Shown here: positions 1 through 7,894 of the stretch, piece after piece | Numbering within the stretch: position 1 is the stretch's first letter | How the letters are laid out: each line of letters starts with the position of its first letter | Notes under the pieces: generated by a model | Databases searched by the model: none | The model's input: the letters and a program-made list of their open reading frames with translations, nothing else | What the model was told of the DNA's origin: nothing | Made by a program: the position numbers and the translations under genes | Assembly: GCA_964014485.1 (NCBI GenBank) | Contig: CAXHAT010000204.1 | Location: 1-14,165, forward strand | Length of the DNA: 14,165 nucleotides | Direction of reading: 5' to 3' | From: an uncultured Deferribacteres bacterium | Lineage (GTDB): Bacteria; Zhuqueibacterota; Zhuqueibacteria; Zhuqueibacterales; Geothermadaptataceae

Positions 1-28
1 ATCTATCCGCACGTCGTCGTTCGTTTGT

Positions 29-126
29 AAAACCCCTTCAGGGTTTTGATTCCGCGGCGGCGAATTCCCAGGGTGCGCCGACAAATCGGCGCACCCTGGG
101 CTGTGGAGTCTAACGCCTTCGGCGTA
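29..126. repeat. REP-like palindromic element, family A (half copy, three hairpins)
   Basis: AAAACCC-cttca-GGGTTTT hairpin (29-47); perfect 15-bp stem CCCAGGGTGCGCCGA-caaa-TCGGCGCACCCTGGG (67-100); ACGCC-ttc-GGCGT (113-125). Same three-hairpin order as the right arms of 2965-3188 and 12520-12718. Confidence 0.7.
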
Positions 127-196
127 AGGCATTATTGATCGAATTAAAAACTTAAAACAAAACCCGGCGAAGTCAGATGTTTTACCGGAGGCCAGA

Positions 197-2848
197 ATGG
201 AGTTGGAATTAAACAGTCAGGACGGAAGAAAAGAAATTGTCAAATCGAGCTACTACCGCCTCATATTTTGGGGCTTTCTCCTGCTTCTGGTAAACTCAGG
301 AGTTTTGCTGGCGTTTTCCGGCGTGAGTCTGATCAGGTACGCGAATCTTTTTCTCCACCTCGGCTTAGGCGTTGCGCTCATCATCCCCCTGTTCACCAAG
401 ATTCGCGAATTTCTCAACACCGACGCCAAGCTCGGCAAAGCGTTCGGCTATGCCGTCGGGCGCATCGGTTTTTGGTCGATGGCGCTCGCGTTTGCGCTCG
501 GCCTTTACCTCCTTTTCGCGGGCAATGACGCTTCCCAACCGGAAATTGTCTACGCTCACATCGGGCTCGGCTTTTTCGCTTACATGTGCCTGATTAGCTG
601 CATCCGCCGCGCGGCCTACAACATCAGCGTTGAGAACACTTACTGGCGCGCCGGGCGTTTGAGCCTGACCGTTTTTGTCGTCGCCGGAATGCTGCCGATT
701 CTCTCGATGATTTACTACACCGTCTTCAAAAATCCGGACGACAAGATCATCAACCCGAAATTTCCTTCCGGCTCGCTTGAAGAAGCAAACACCTACGGCG
801 AAGACAGCCCTTTTTTCCCCAGCCCGGCGGAAACAGTGTCGGGTAAAACGATTGACGCGCACTTTCTCGCTGATCCCGAAGGTGCAAGTTGCAGCGGTTC
901 AACATGCCATGACGGCGTGGTCGCGCAATGGAAAAAATCCAACCACAGCCTGCCCGCCGCTTCGAAAAAATCATATCTCGCCGCGCTCAAAATGGCCGAA
1001 TCCCTGAGCGGCGAACACGATTTCGGCAAGTACTGCGCGGGCTGTCACGAACCGGCGCGCTTGTTCAGCGGCATGACCGTCGAAGAAGCACACGCGGCGG
1101 AAAATCAAAACTTCGCCCAAACGGGAATTTCCTGCAACGGTTGCCACGCCATTTCCGGCGTGAAATCGACGATGGGCAACGGCGCTTACAAAATGGAGCG
1201 TCCGTCGTTTTGCGGCTTGATGGAAGCGGACAATTTTCTCGCGCGCGGCCTGCAACGCTTCCTGATTCACGTCGATCCGCAAGCGCACAGTCAGCAATTC
1301 TACAAGAAATTTTTCGACGAGCAGCGCAGCGCCTACTGCTCGAGCTGCCACAAAATGACCATCGACGCGCCCCTGCTCGCCACGAATTCTCTGCCCGGCT
1401 TGACCGAATACGACGGCTGGGTCGGCAGCAGCAACGCCAAACGCGACGTGCGCGCATTCTACCATCTCAACACCGAAAATTCATGCAGCGACTGCCACAT
1501 GGCGCGCATTCCTTCCGATGATCCCGGCGCAAAGCAAGATTCGATTCGCGATCATTCCTTCAAAATGCACTGGTTCAAAGACCTGGGCAAATCCGGTCAA
1601 AACGCAGGCACAAACTGGAAATCGCAGGGCTTGTCGCTTGAACTTTTTGCCGCGCACGGCAACGCCGATTCTCCGATTTCTCTCAAAAACAGCTTCACCA
1701 ATTTCAAACCCGGCGAAAAAATCAAGCTCGACGTGATCGTGAAAGCGATGAATTACGGCCACGCTTTTCCGGCAGGCGCGCCCGGACTGACGGAAGGCTG
1801 GGTTGAAATCACGGCAAAAGACGCTTCCGGAAAAATCGTTTTTCAAAACGGCGGGGTTGCGAAAAATCAGACGCTGCCCAAAGACGTTCACCGCTACGGC
1901 GTGACGTTTAAAGATGCGGACGGCAAACCGGTTTACTACGCACACGGCATCGGCGCGGCGGACGTGGAACACTCGCGATTTATCCCGGCAAACGGCGTGG
2001 ACTTGGCGAGCTACGATTTCACCATTCCGACGGACGCTGATTCGCTGTTGGAGATTTCCGCCAAATTGCATTATCGCAAACGTGAATCAGTCGCTGATTA
2101 CGGCAACGGCGCTGAAAAAGCCGAGCGTGACGGCGGCGGCGCAAAATTCAAATCACGTCTACTCGTTGAAAATGTCGTTTCGGTTCCTATTTCCGAGAAT
2201 GTTGACGAGGCCGAAAAAACGGCTTCGCCCAAAGAAGAATTTCTTTCATGGAATGACTACGGCTTGGCCCTGCTCCAGCGCGGCGATCTCGCGGAAGCCG
2301 AAAAAGCGTTTCAAAAAACGCTGGCGCAGGCGCCGGAATTTTACGACGGTTGGGTTAATCTCGCGCGCGTTTTACTCGTAACCGGCAGAGCGGATTCGGC
2401 GCGCGTCGCTTTGCAAAAAACCGTTAAAACTGATCCGAAAAATCCGAAGGGGCGCTTCTTTTTGGCGTTGGCTTATAAACAAACCGGTGAGTACAGCGAG
2501 GCGAAAAACGAGTTGTCCAATATTCTGAAACGCTTCTCACGCGACCGCGCCGTCGGCAACCACCTTGGGCATATTCATATGCTCGAAGGCGATTACGAAA
2601 ACGCCGGACGCTTGCTCAGAAAAATCATCCGCCACGCCCCGGACGATCCGGTGGCGCATTTTTATCTGATGTACGTGTACAAAAAGCTCAAAGACCCGGA
2701 GAAAGCCGCCTTTGCCGAAAAGCTCTACGAACGTTTTTCGAGCCGCTACGGGCGCAAACCCGTCACGCCGCCGCTCAAAATCGACGAACCCCTACGGCTC
2801 TGGCAAGTGCTCCCGTGGACGAATTATATGACCAACAATTTGGAATAA
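197..2848 (+). CDS. Membrane-anchored multiheme c-type cytochrome with C-terminal TPR repeats (883 aa)
   Basis: About 5 hydrophobic N-terminal segments. Heme motifs CSGSTCH (890-910, CX4CH), CAGCH (1034-1048), CNGCH (1133-1147), CSSCH (1337-1351), CSDCH (1484-1498). C-terminal TPR-like helices (WNDYGLALLQRGDLAEAEKAFQK..., WVNLARVLL..., AHFYLMYVY). GGAGG RBS at 187-191. Confidence 0.85.
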   Translation: MELELNSQDGRKEIVKSSYYRLIFWGFLLLLVNSGVLLAFSGVSLIRYANLFLHLGLGVALIIPLFTKIREFLNTDAKLGKAFGYAVGRIGFWSMALAFALGLYLLFAGNDASQPEIVYAHIGLGFFAYMCLISCIRRAAYNISVENTYWRAGRLSLTVFVVAGMLPILSMIYYTVFKNPDDKIINPKFPSGSLEEANTYGEDSPFFPSPAETVSGKTIDAHFLADPEGASCSGSTCHDGVVAQWKKSNHSLPAASKKSYLAALKMAESLSGEHDFGKYCAGCHEPARLFSGMTVEEAHAAENQNFAQTGISCNGCHAISGVKSTMGNGAYKMERPSFCGLMEADNFLARGLQRFLIHVDPQAHSQQFYKKFFDEQRSAYCSSCHKMTIDAPLLATNSLPGLTEYDGWVGSSNAKRDVRAFYHLNTENSCSDCHMARIPSDDPGAKQDSIRDHSFKMHWFKDLGKSGQNAGTNWKSQGLSLELFAAHGNADSPISLKNSFTNFKPGEKIKLDVIVKAMNYGHAFPAGAPGLTEGWVEITAKDASGKIVFQNGGVAKNQTLPKDVHRYGVTFKDADGKPVYYAHGIGAADVEHSRFIPANGVDLASYDFTIPTDADSLLEISAKLHYRKRESVADYGNGAEKAERDGGGAKFKSRLLVENVVSVPISENVDEAEKTASPKEEFLSWNDYGLALLQRGDLAEAEKAFQKTLAQAPEFYDGWVNLARVLLVTGRADSARVALQKTVKTDPKNPKGRFFLALAYKQTGEYSEAKNELSNILKRFSRDRAVGNHLGHIHMLEGDYENAGRLLRKIIRHAPDDPVAHFYLMYVYKKLKDPEKAAFAEKLYERFSSRYGRKPVTPPLKIDEPLRLWQVLPWTNYMTNNLE

Positions 2849-2850
2849 AA

Positions 2851-2903
2851 GCACGAAGCGCACCCCTATTCCCCTTCGAAGGGGGCCAGGGGGATGTTTT
2901 TGA
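2851..2903. repeat. Family B palindromic element (CCCCTTCGAAGGGG type), truncated half copy
   Basis: TTCCCCTTCGAAGGGGGCCAGGGGGATGTTTT closely matches the left arm of the 8411-8544 copy; no partner arm follows. Confidence 0.75.
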
Positions 2904-2964
2904 GCGTCGGAGCCATGCAGCAAACTCGGCGTTTTTTTCCGTTCGCTAATCAGAACCCGGAACC

Positions 2965-3188
2965 GACCCCAACGGGGTCAAATGCAACAGCGAATCCCGG
3001 CCATCCGGGACTGGAAAACAAGCGACCATCATTTTTTTTAAGCCCTGAAAGGGCGCAATAAAAGGGCTGTTCCGCTCACGCACAAACGCCGAATTTATCC
3101 CGCCCTTACAGGGCTGCAATGAAAACGGACTGTGGATATTTTCCAGGGCGTTGCCCTTCGCTGATACATTTCGCCCTTTCAGGGCTTT
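2965..3188. repeat. REP-like composite palindrome, family A (GCCCTGAAAGGGC type), full copy
   Basis: GACCCC-aac-GGGGTC ... AGCCCTGAAAGGGC ... GCCCTTACAGGGCT ... CCAGGGCGTTGCCCTTCGCTG ... GCCCTTTCAGGGCT; collinear with 12520-12718. Confidence 0.85.
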
Positions 3189-3237
3189 ATTCATTCTGGC
3201 CTAACACGTTGAAATAGAGCCGGAAATTGAGATTCTC

Positions 3238-3358
3238 ATTAACACCGCACTTCAGTACGGTGAAAAACGGTCAGCCCCCACTTCTCCGCGTCGCGCCAGC
3301 GCGACGTGAAAGAGATGGGGGCATTCTTAAAATCACCGCGCTAAAGCACGGTGCTAAT
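3238..3358. repeat. Inverted REP doublet (CACCG-nnn-TTYA-nnn-CGGTG type), family E
   Basis: Arms ATTAACACCGCACTTCAGTACGGTGA and TCACCGCGCTAAAGCACGGTGCTAAT are imperfect inverted copies, each itself a hairpin. The spacer has its own stem (GCCCCCA...CGTCGCGC-ca-GCGCGACG...TGGGGGC). Confidence 0.7.
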
Positions 3359-3402
3359 AACATTAAATCAGCCCACAGCATTAACACCACCGGATTGACA
3401 AC

Positions 3403-4467
3403 ATGGGCATTGCCATAAAAAACGCGGACTTGGTCGCGGACAAAGAGACGATGATGAAGGTGCTCTTGCGCAACCGCACCAAGTACCAAAACGACAAAAC
3501 CTTCGAGCAGCGCTACGATTGGCTCTACCACAAAAATCCCCACGGCCCGGCGGCCGCCTGGCTCGTGGTCGATGACAAAAAAGACGAAGTCGTCGGCTTC
3601 ACCTCCGCCTTTCCACGACGCATGTCCGTCTTTGGCGAAGATTCTCTGGCGTGGAATTGCGCCGATTTTTCCATCGATCAGGCCTACCGCGTCCTCGGCG
3701 TAGCAATCAAGCTGCGGCGGGCGGCGAAAAACGGCGTCGATTCCGGCGACATGCCTTTTCTTTATGCGCACCCCAACGATCGGATGCTGGTCATCCACCA
3801 AAAAGTCGGGCACCATGCCATCGGACACATGAAGCGCTACGCCGCATTGTTGCGCGTGGACAAAATGATCTCCCAGCGCGTCAAGCACGATTTGGCGTCG
3901 TCCGTTTTGCGCGGCGTCGGAAATCCACTGCTCAAATTCGCCTCGCCGTCTCCGAGAAAGAAGGATGCCGGCTTGCGCTGCGAGTTTGCAGTGAACGATA
4001 CATTCGGCGAAGAATTTTCGGATTTGTATGAGCAGGCCAAAGACGTTTTTCCCGTCATCGGCTGCCGCGACGCGGAATATTTGAACTGGCGCTACACGGA
4101 AAATCCGCTGCAAACTTTCGAGACGTTGAAATTTTACCATCAAGGCCGTTTGGCGGGCTATTGCATTTTCGATCAGCAAGGCGACGTGGCGCACATCGCC
4201 GATTTTCTGGCGGTCAAGCCGGACGAATTGATCGAGTCGATGCTGGCGGAATTGTTCTCGTGGCTGCGCGAGCGCCGTGTGGCAACGGCTTCGATCAAGC
4301 TGCACACCGGCAACGTTTTGCTGCCGCACCTGCTGCGCTTCGGTTTCCAGGAACGCGACGACGCAACCTCAACCGTCATCGCCTACGCCCCGGAATCGTC
4401 CCCCTTCGCCGAAGCCGTGACCAAGCCGGGGAATTGGTTTATGACTGTGGGGGATCGGGATGTTTAG
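3403..4467 (+). CDS. GNAT-fold (probably tandem, FemAB-like) acyltransferase, polysaccharide-cluster associated
   Basis: 354-aa ORF. N-terminal YDWLYHKNPHG, GNAT motif-A-like ADFSIDQAYRVLGVAIKL, LYAHPND; second half RDAEYLNWRYTENP; C-terminal WFMTVGDRD, typical of GNAT proteins in EPS loci. Confidence 0.8.
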   Translation: MGIAIKNADLVADKETMMKVLLRNRTKYQNDKTFEQRYDWLYHKNPHGPAAAWLVVDDKKDEVVGFTSAFPRRMSVFGEDSLAWNCADFSIDQAYRVLGVAIKLRRAAKNGVDSGDMPFLYAHPNDRMLVIHQKVGHHAIGHMKRYAALLRVDKMISQRVKHDLASSVLRGVGNPLLKFASPSPRKKDAGLRCEFAVNDTFGEEFSDLYEQAKDVFPVIGCRDAEYLNWRYTENPLQTFETLKFYHQGRLAGYCIFDQQGDVAHIADFLAVKPDELIESMLAELFSWLRERRVATASIKLHTGNVLLPHLLRFGFQERDDATSTVIAYAPESSPFAEAVTKPGNWFMTVGDRDV

Positions 4468-4505
4468 TGATCAGTGTTCAGTTGTCAGTGATCAGTTTTT
4501 AGTCC
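4464..4505 (+). repeat. Degenerate heptamer tandem repeat (TCAGTGA-like) x6
   Basis: TTAGTGA TCAGTGT TCAGTTG TCAGTGA TCAGTTT TTAGTCC, starting at the GNAT stop codon. Confidence 0.8.
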
Positions 4506-4508
4506 CGC

Positions 4509-4639
4509 CGCGCGAAGCGCGCGAAATTCCCCCTTTGAAGGGGGTTAGGGGGATGTCTTGAGGTGTCGTCGCAAATGCAAAGGCCGTAAACATCCCCCCC
4601 AACCCCCCTTCGAAGGGGGGAGCACAGCGCGTTTCGCGC
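4509..4639. repeat. Family B palindromic element, full copy
   Basis: GCGCGAAGCGC mini-hairpin, CCCCCTTTGAAGGGGGTTAGGGGGATGT ... ACATCCCCCCAACCCCCCTTCGAAGGGGGG, closing GCGCGTTTCGCGC. 4524-4556 is an exact 33-bp reverse complement of 8494-8526. Confidence 0.85.
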
Positions 4640-4662
4640 CCACTGAACGAAACCCCTCGCAC

Positions 4663-4733
4663 GTCATTCCCGCGCAGGCGGGAATCCAGGAACGTGCGCA
4701 CGAGCAATAGATTCCCGCCTGCGCGGGAATGAC
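4663..4733. repeat. Inverted doublet of ATTCCC-N8-GGGAAT (dRS3-like) repeat, family C
   Basis: Perfect 24-bp inverted repeat GTCATTCCCGCGCAGGCGGGAATC (4663-4686) / GATTCCCGCCTGCGCGGGAATGAC (4710-4733); each arm contains ATTCCC-N8-GGGAAT. Confidence 0.85.
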
Positions 4734-4797
4734 TTAGAGCGTAAAAATCAAAAATTGCCGCTTCACCATTCACGAAATACACCAGGAGCACCACACC

Positions 4798-5037
4798 ATG
4801 GACACAAAAAATAAAATCCGCCAATTCTTTGGCAATACGCTGGAAAACGAGAACATCGGCGATGACGACAGCTTGCTGTTGGCGGGCATCATCGACTCGC
4901 TGAAAATGATGGATTTGATCGAATACCTCGAAAAAGAATTCAGCCTGAAAGTTGACGAAGACGAGCTCATGCCCGACAACTTCGACTCCATCAACGCCAT
5001 CGCGAGTTTCCTTGAAGGAAAACAAACAGCGGCGTAA
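4798..5037 (+). CDS. Acyl/aminoacyl carrier protein (phosphopantetheine-binding)
   Basis: 79 aa, acidic. DDDSLLLAGIIDSLKMMDLIEYLEKEF contains the GxxDS(L) Ppant serine; C-terminal ELMPDNFDSINAI is DltC-like. CAGGAG RBS upstream. Confidence 0.92.
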   Translation: MDTKNKIRQFFGNTLENENIGDDDSLLLAGIIDSLKMMDLIEYLEKEFSLKVDEDELMPDNFDSINAIASFLEGKQTAA

Positions 5038-5040
5038 CTC

Positions 5041-5075
5041 TAAACAGTAAGTTGTAAGCAGTGATTAGTAAACTG
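5041..5075 (+). repeat. Degenerate heptamer tandem repeat (TAAGCAG-like) x5
   Basis: TAAACAG TAAGTTG TAAGCAG TGATTAG TAAACTG, directly after the ACP stop. Confidence 0.65.
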
Positions 5076-5112
5076 AACGTTTCTGTTTCCGCAAATCGTC
5101 GGAGAAAGCACT

Positions 5113-5183
5113 GTCGTTTGTAGTTCACGCTTTAGCGTGCTTTTCAATGCTCAAAACACGCTAAAGCGTGGACTACGAACGAC
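5113..5183. repeat. GTAG-type REP doublet (REPIN-like), family D
   Basis: GTCGTTT-GTAG-TTCACGC-TTTA-GCGTG ... CACGC-TAAA-GCGTGGA-CTAC-GAACGAC: two inverted REPs, each a GTAG tetranucleotide followed by a short hairpin, the architecture of RAYT-associated REPs. Confidence 0.8.
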
Positions 5184-5248
5184 GTTGTCGCTCACAACAT
5201 TCAAACGAAAAAGTACACTAACGTTTATCGCTCAAAGGTTAAAATCTT

Positions 5249-5282
5249 TGTCAGAACAATTTTAAAACAAATCGTTCTGACA
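5249..5282. other. 14-bp inverted repeat immediately upstream of the larA-like start (operator, RNA hairpin or element remnant)
   Basis: TGTCAGAACAATTT (5249-5262) / AAATCGTTCTGACA (5269-5282), 13/14 complementary, ending 11 nt before ATG 5294. Confidence 0.45.
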
Positions 5283-5293
5283 GACAAAATAAA

Positions 5294-6523
5294 ATGTCAA
5301 AAAACGCTGAGCTCACCCTCCCCTGGGCGGCGTGGCATGAGGATGCACAGAAGCCCTGCCCGCTGCCGGAAAATTGGGACGTGCAAACTTTCGCCATGGC
5401 CGACGCGCCTGCGCTGACGCAAGAACAGCGCGAGGCCGCTTTCGCCAATCCGATTGAATCCGGCACGGTTGCCGAGCTGTGCGCGGGCAAAAAAACCGTC
5501 GCCATTGGCGTGGATGATTTGAGTCGCCCGACGCCAACCTGGCAGGTACTGGAAACCCTGCTCCCGGAAATCGAAAAGGCCGGGATTGCGCGCGAGAACG
5601 TCACCGTCGTTATCAGTCTGGGCGCGCACACGGCGCTGGGACGCGAGCAACTGGCGATGAAGCTCGGCGAAAACGTGGTCGCCGATTATCGCGTGGTCAA
5701 CCACAATTGCAAGGACGATCTCACGCCCAGCGGCGCGTTGGTAGGCAAAAACGAAGTCTCGATCAACAGTCATTTTCTCGCCGCCGACGTCAAAATGCTC
5801 ATCGGCAGCGTGGTGCCGCACCATTTCGCCGGATTCAGCGGCGGCGCCAAGATGATTTTGCCCGGCTTGTCCAACATTGAAGCCATCGCGTGGACGCACA
5901 AGGCGGTGCTGATGGGCTTGCGCGGCCATCCTGGCCAGACGGACAACAACCGTTTTCGCGCCGAGTTTGAGCGTGTGGCGCGGCACATTGGCGTGGATTT
6001 TTCCGTGAACGTGGTGGTGAACGGCGAGCGCGAAATTGCGGGATTGTTTACGGGTGATATTGTGGCGGCGCACCGCGAAGGCGCGGCGTTCGCCAAAAAA
6101 GTTTACCGCACCGAGAAGACGGAAAATCTCGACGTGGGCGTGTTCAATTGCTACCCCAAGGATACGGAGTTGATTCAGGCGGAGAACGCTTTCATGTATC
6201 TGCATTCCGCCGGGATTGAGGCGGTGAAGGAAGGCGGCACGGTGGTGGTGGCCTCGGCCTGCTCCGAGCACGTGGGCGAGCACGGCCTGTTCGAACCGGG
6301 CGGCCTGCTCTACCGCAAGCCGGTGAAAAAGGCCTTTCTCAAAAACCGCCATTTGATCTTTTTCTCGGAAAACCTGACGCGCGAGCAATTTCACCAGATT
6401 TACTGGGAAGGCTACGATTTCTGCGCCGCGTGGGACGAAGTCGTACAAACGCTCAAATCACGGCATGGCGAGGAATGCAAGGCAGGCGTTTTTCCGTGTG
6501 CGAGTATTCAGATTACTGAGTAA
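5294..6523 (+). CDS. larA: LarA-family nickel-pincer-dependent 2-hydroxyacid racemase/epimerase (lactate racemase domain protein)
   Basis: 409 aa. Motifs DDLSRPTP (DxxRP), SLGAH, VNHN, VPHHFAGFSGGAKMILPG and a downstream His (AWTH) match the LarA catalytic His, cofactor-linking Lys and Ni-His pattern. Substrate cannot be determined from sequence. Confidence 0.85.
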   Translation: MSKNAELTLPWAAWHEDAQKPCPLPENWDVQTFAMADAPALTQEQREAAFANPIESGTVAELCAGKKTVAIGVDDLSRPTPTWQVLETLLPEIEKAGIARENVTVVISLGAHTALGREQLAMKLGENVVADYRVVNHNCKDDLTPSGALVGKNEVSINSHFLAADVKMLIGSVVPHHFAGFSGGAKMILPGLSNIEAIAWTHKAVLMGLRGHPGQTDNNRFRAEFERVARHIGVDFSVNVVVNGEREIAGLFTGDIVAAHREGAAFAKKVYRTEKTENLDVGVFNCYPKDTELIQAENAFMYLHSAGIEAVKEGGTVVVASACSEHVGEHGLFEPGGLLYRKPVKKAFLKNRHLIFFSENLTREQFHQIYWEGYDFCAAWDEVVQTLKSRHGEECKAGVFPCASIQITE

Positions 6524-6615
6524 AGAACGCCGCACGAACGACAAAATTTGAACACATATATACTAAAAGACAAGGATGTCAACTAAACCCTAATCTTAAA
6601 ACAAGGAGTTAAATC

Positions 6616-7854
6616 ATGTATATACGTAAATTCAACGTTCGCAATTATATGATCCACAAGGACACAAATTTAAGTCTAACCCCGATTACGGTGTTGGTAG
6701 GTCCGAATGGTGGGGGTAAATCAGCGCTTTTTGACGCAATGTTAAATTTTTCTATGGTCTCGCGAGGAAGTATCACTCAAGCTTTTGGACCTTTTCCTTT
6801 TTCATACAAATCTACGTTGTGGAATGGTGCCAAAGGCGTTGACGGGCGGATGCACTATGATGTTGAGCTATCTAGTGCCGAAGATAGTCAAGGCTATTTA
6901 AAATATGAGATAGCGTATGCTCAGAATGGTGTTGAATTTAGTAGACCGGCATATACTATTTTCACTGAACGTTTAACCAAAATGCAATCAAATGAAATTC
7001 TGTTTGATCGTTCAAGGCCATCAGATTATCCAGCATTCAATAACATTTTAAAGGAATACGATAAAAGCATTTTTGCCGCACTGCGTCAAGAACAGATTGC
7101 AGGAAATGAGATTGTTGGAGTAGAAGAAACCGTGCTTGAGTTTTCTACCCAGATTAGTCGTTTTAATAGGTTCAAACTCGACTCATCGGTTTTGGCGCAA
7201 CCATCACGTTTACCAGATTTTTCAGATCAGGAGACTAACTCTCCCCCGCCTAGGATTGGATATCGTGGCGAAGATTTAGCAGGAACCCTCTATTACTTAT
7301 CGCAAACTCAGTCTCCAACTCTCGAAAAGATAAAAGAGAAAATCAGAGCTATCGATGAAAATTTTGATGACTTTGAGTTCAATGTTCTAGGAACTGATCG
7401 AATTGGCTTTTCTGCTACATACTCTGATAGCAGACAAATAGTACCTTCCGTTCGATTGTCATCCGGCACTTTAAATTATATCGGTTTAATAGTTTTAGTC
7501 ACTTCAATCACAAGATCTCCACTGCTAATGATTGAAGAACCCGAAAATGGGCTGACTCCACAAGCAGTGAAGTCATTCTATCAAACTGTACGCGAATTGG
7601 CTGAAAATGACGATCTCGACAAAAGAAGCCAAGTGTTAATATCTTCACATAGTCCTTTTGTAATTTGTGAAGCATGGAATGGAGAAGATCGAGATTTCAT
7701 TCATCGGGTGAAAGTCGATAATGGAGCCAGTCTTATAAGAAAATTTTCTAATGTTGTCGAAGAGCAAAAAATAGTGCTAGGCAAAAAGAATGGGGAACGA
7801 GTGCATTTGAGCTTAGCAAACGCGGAAGAAATCATGTCTGGGTATTTATCATAA
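6616..7854 (+). CDS. ABC-type AAA ATPase (AAA_21/AAA_15-like, defence/TA-associated class)
   Basis: Walker A GPNGGGKS, signature-like LSSGT, Walker B/D-loop LLMIEEPENGL, H-loop SSHSP; no TM segments; AAGGAG RBS at 6603-6608. AT-rich: line 6901-6960 is 21/60 GC versus 41/60 for line 5581-5640. Confidence 0.88.
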   Translation: MYIRKFNVRNYMIHKDTNLSLTPITVLVGPNGGGKSALFDAMLNFSMVSRGSITQAFGPFPFSYKSTLWNGAKGVDGRMHYDVELSSAEDSQGYLKYEIAYAQNGVEFSRPAYTIFTERLTKMQSNEILFDRSRPSDYPAFNNILKEYDKSIFAALRQEQIAGNEIVGVEETVLEFSTQISRFNRFKLDSSVLAQPSRLPDFSDQETNSPPPRIGYRGEDLAGTLYYLSQTQSPTLEKIKEKIRAIDENFDDFEFNVLGTDRIGFSATYSDSRQIVPSVRLSSGTLNYIGLIVLVTSITRSPLLMIEEPENGLTPQAVKSFYQTVRELAENDDLDKRSQVLISSHSPFVICEAWNGEDRDFIHRVKVDNGASLIRKFSNVVEEQKIVLGKKNGERVHLSLANAEEIMSGYLS

Positions 7855-7894
7855 CCGACATAGACGAGAAGTTTTGGGCAAAAAGCAATTTCAT
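7832..7894 (-). pseudogene. N-terminal stub of a DUF5615/PIN-like toxin (MKLLFAQNFS...)
   Basis: ATG overlaps the DUF433 stop (ATGA, 7891-7894). Translation MKLLFAQNFSSMSVMINTQT* resembles the MKLLFDQNLS start of DUF5615 toxins normally coupled to DUF433, then runs into the ATPase 3' end. Confidence 0.65.

Noticed and set aside
67..125. tRNA, riboswitch or intrinsic terminator
   Set aside because: No cloverleaf, recognisable aptamer or U-tract; better explained as a family A repeat arm.
2946..3194. 82-aa ORF and the similar 12478-12720 ORF (ALKGR motifs)
   Set aside because: Translations of family A palindromes.
3199..3260. Integron attC site (GCCTAAC matches RYYYAAC)
   Set aside because: No matching GTTRRRY at a suitable distance with paired L boxes, no integrase, and the cargo genes lack attC-like ends.
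3395..3400. Perfect TTGACA -35 box
   Set aside because: Only 2 nt before the GNAT start codon, so a -10 would lie inside the CDS; no convincing -10 at 16-18 nt.
3271..4329. 352-aa minus-strand ORF
   Set aside because: Antisense shadow of the GNAT gene; no recognisable motifs.
5297..6448. 383-aa minus-strand ORF
   Set aside because: Antisense shadow of larA, expected from codon bias in GC-rich genes.
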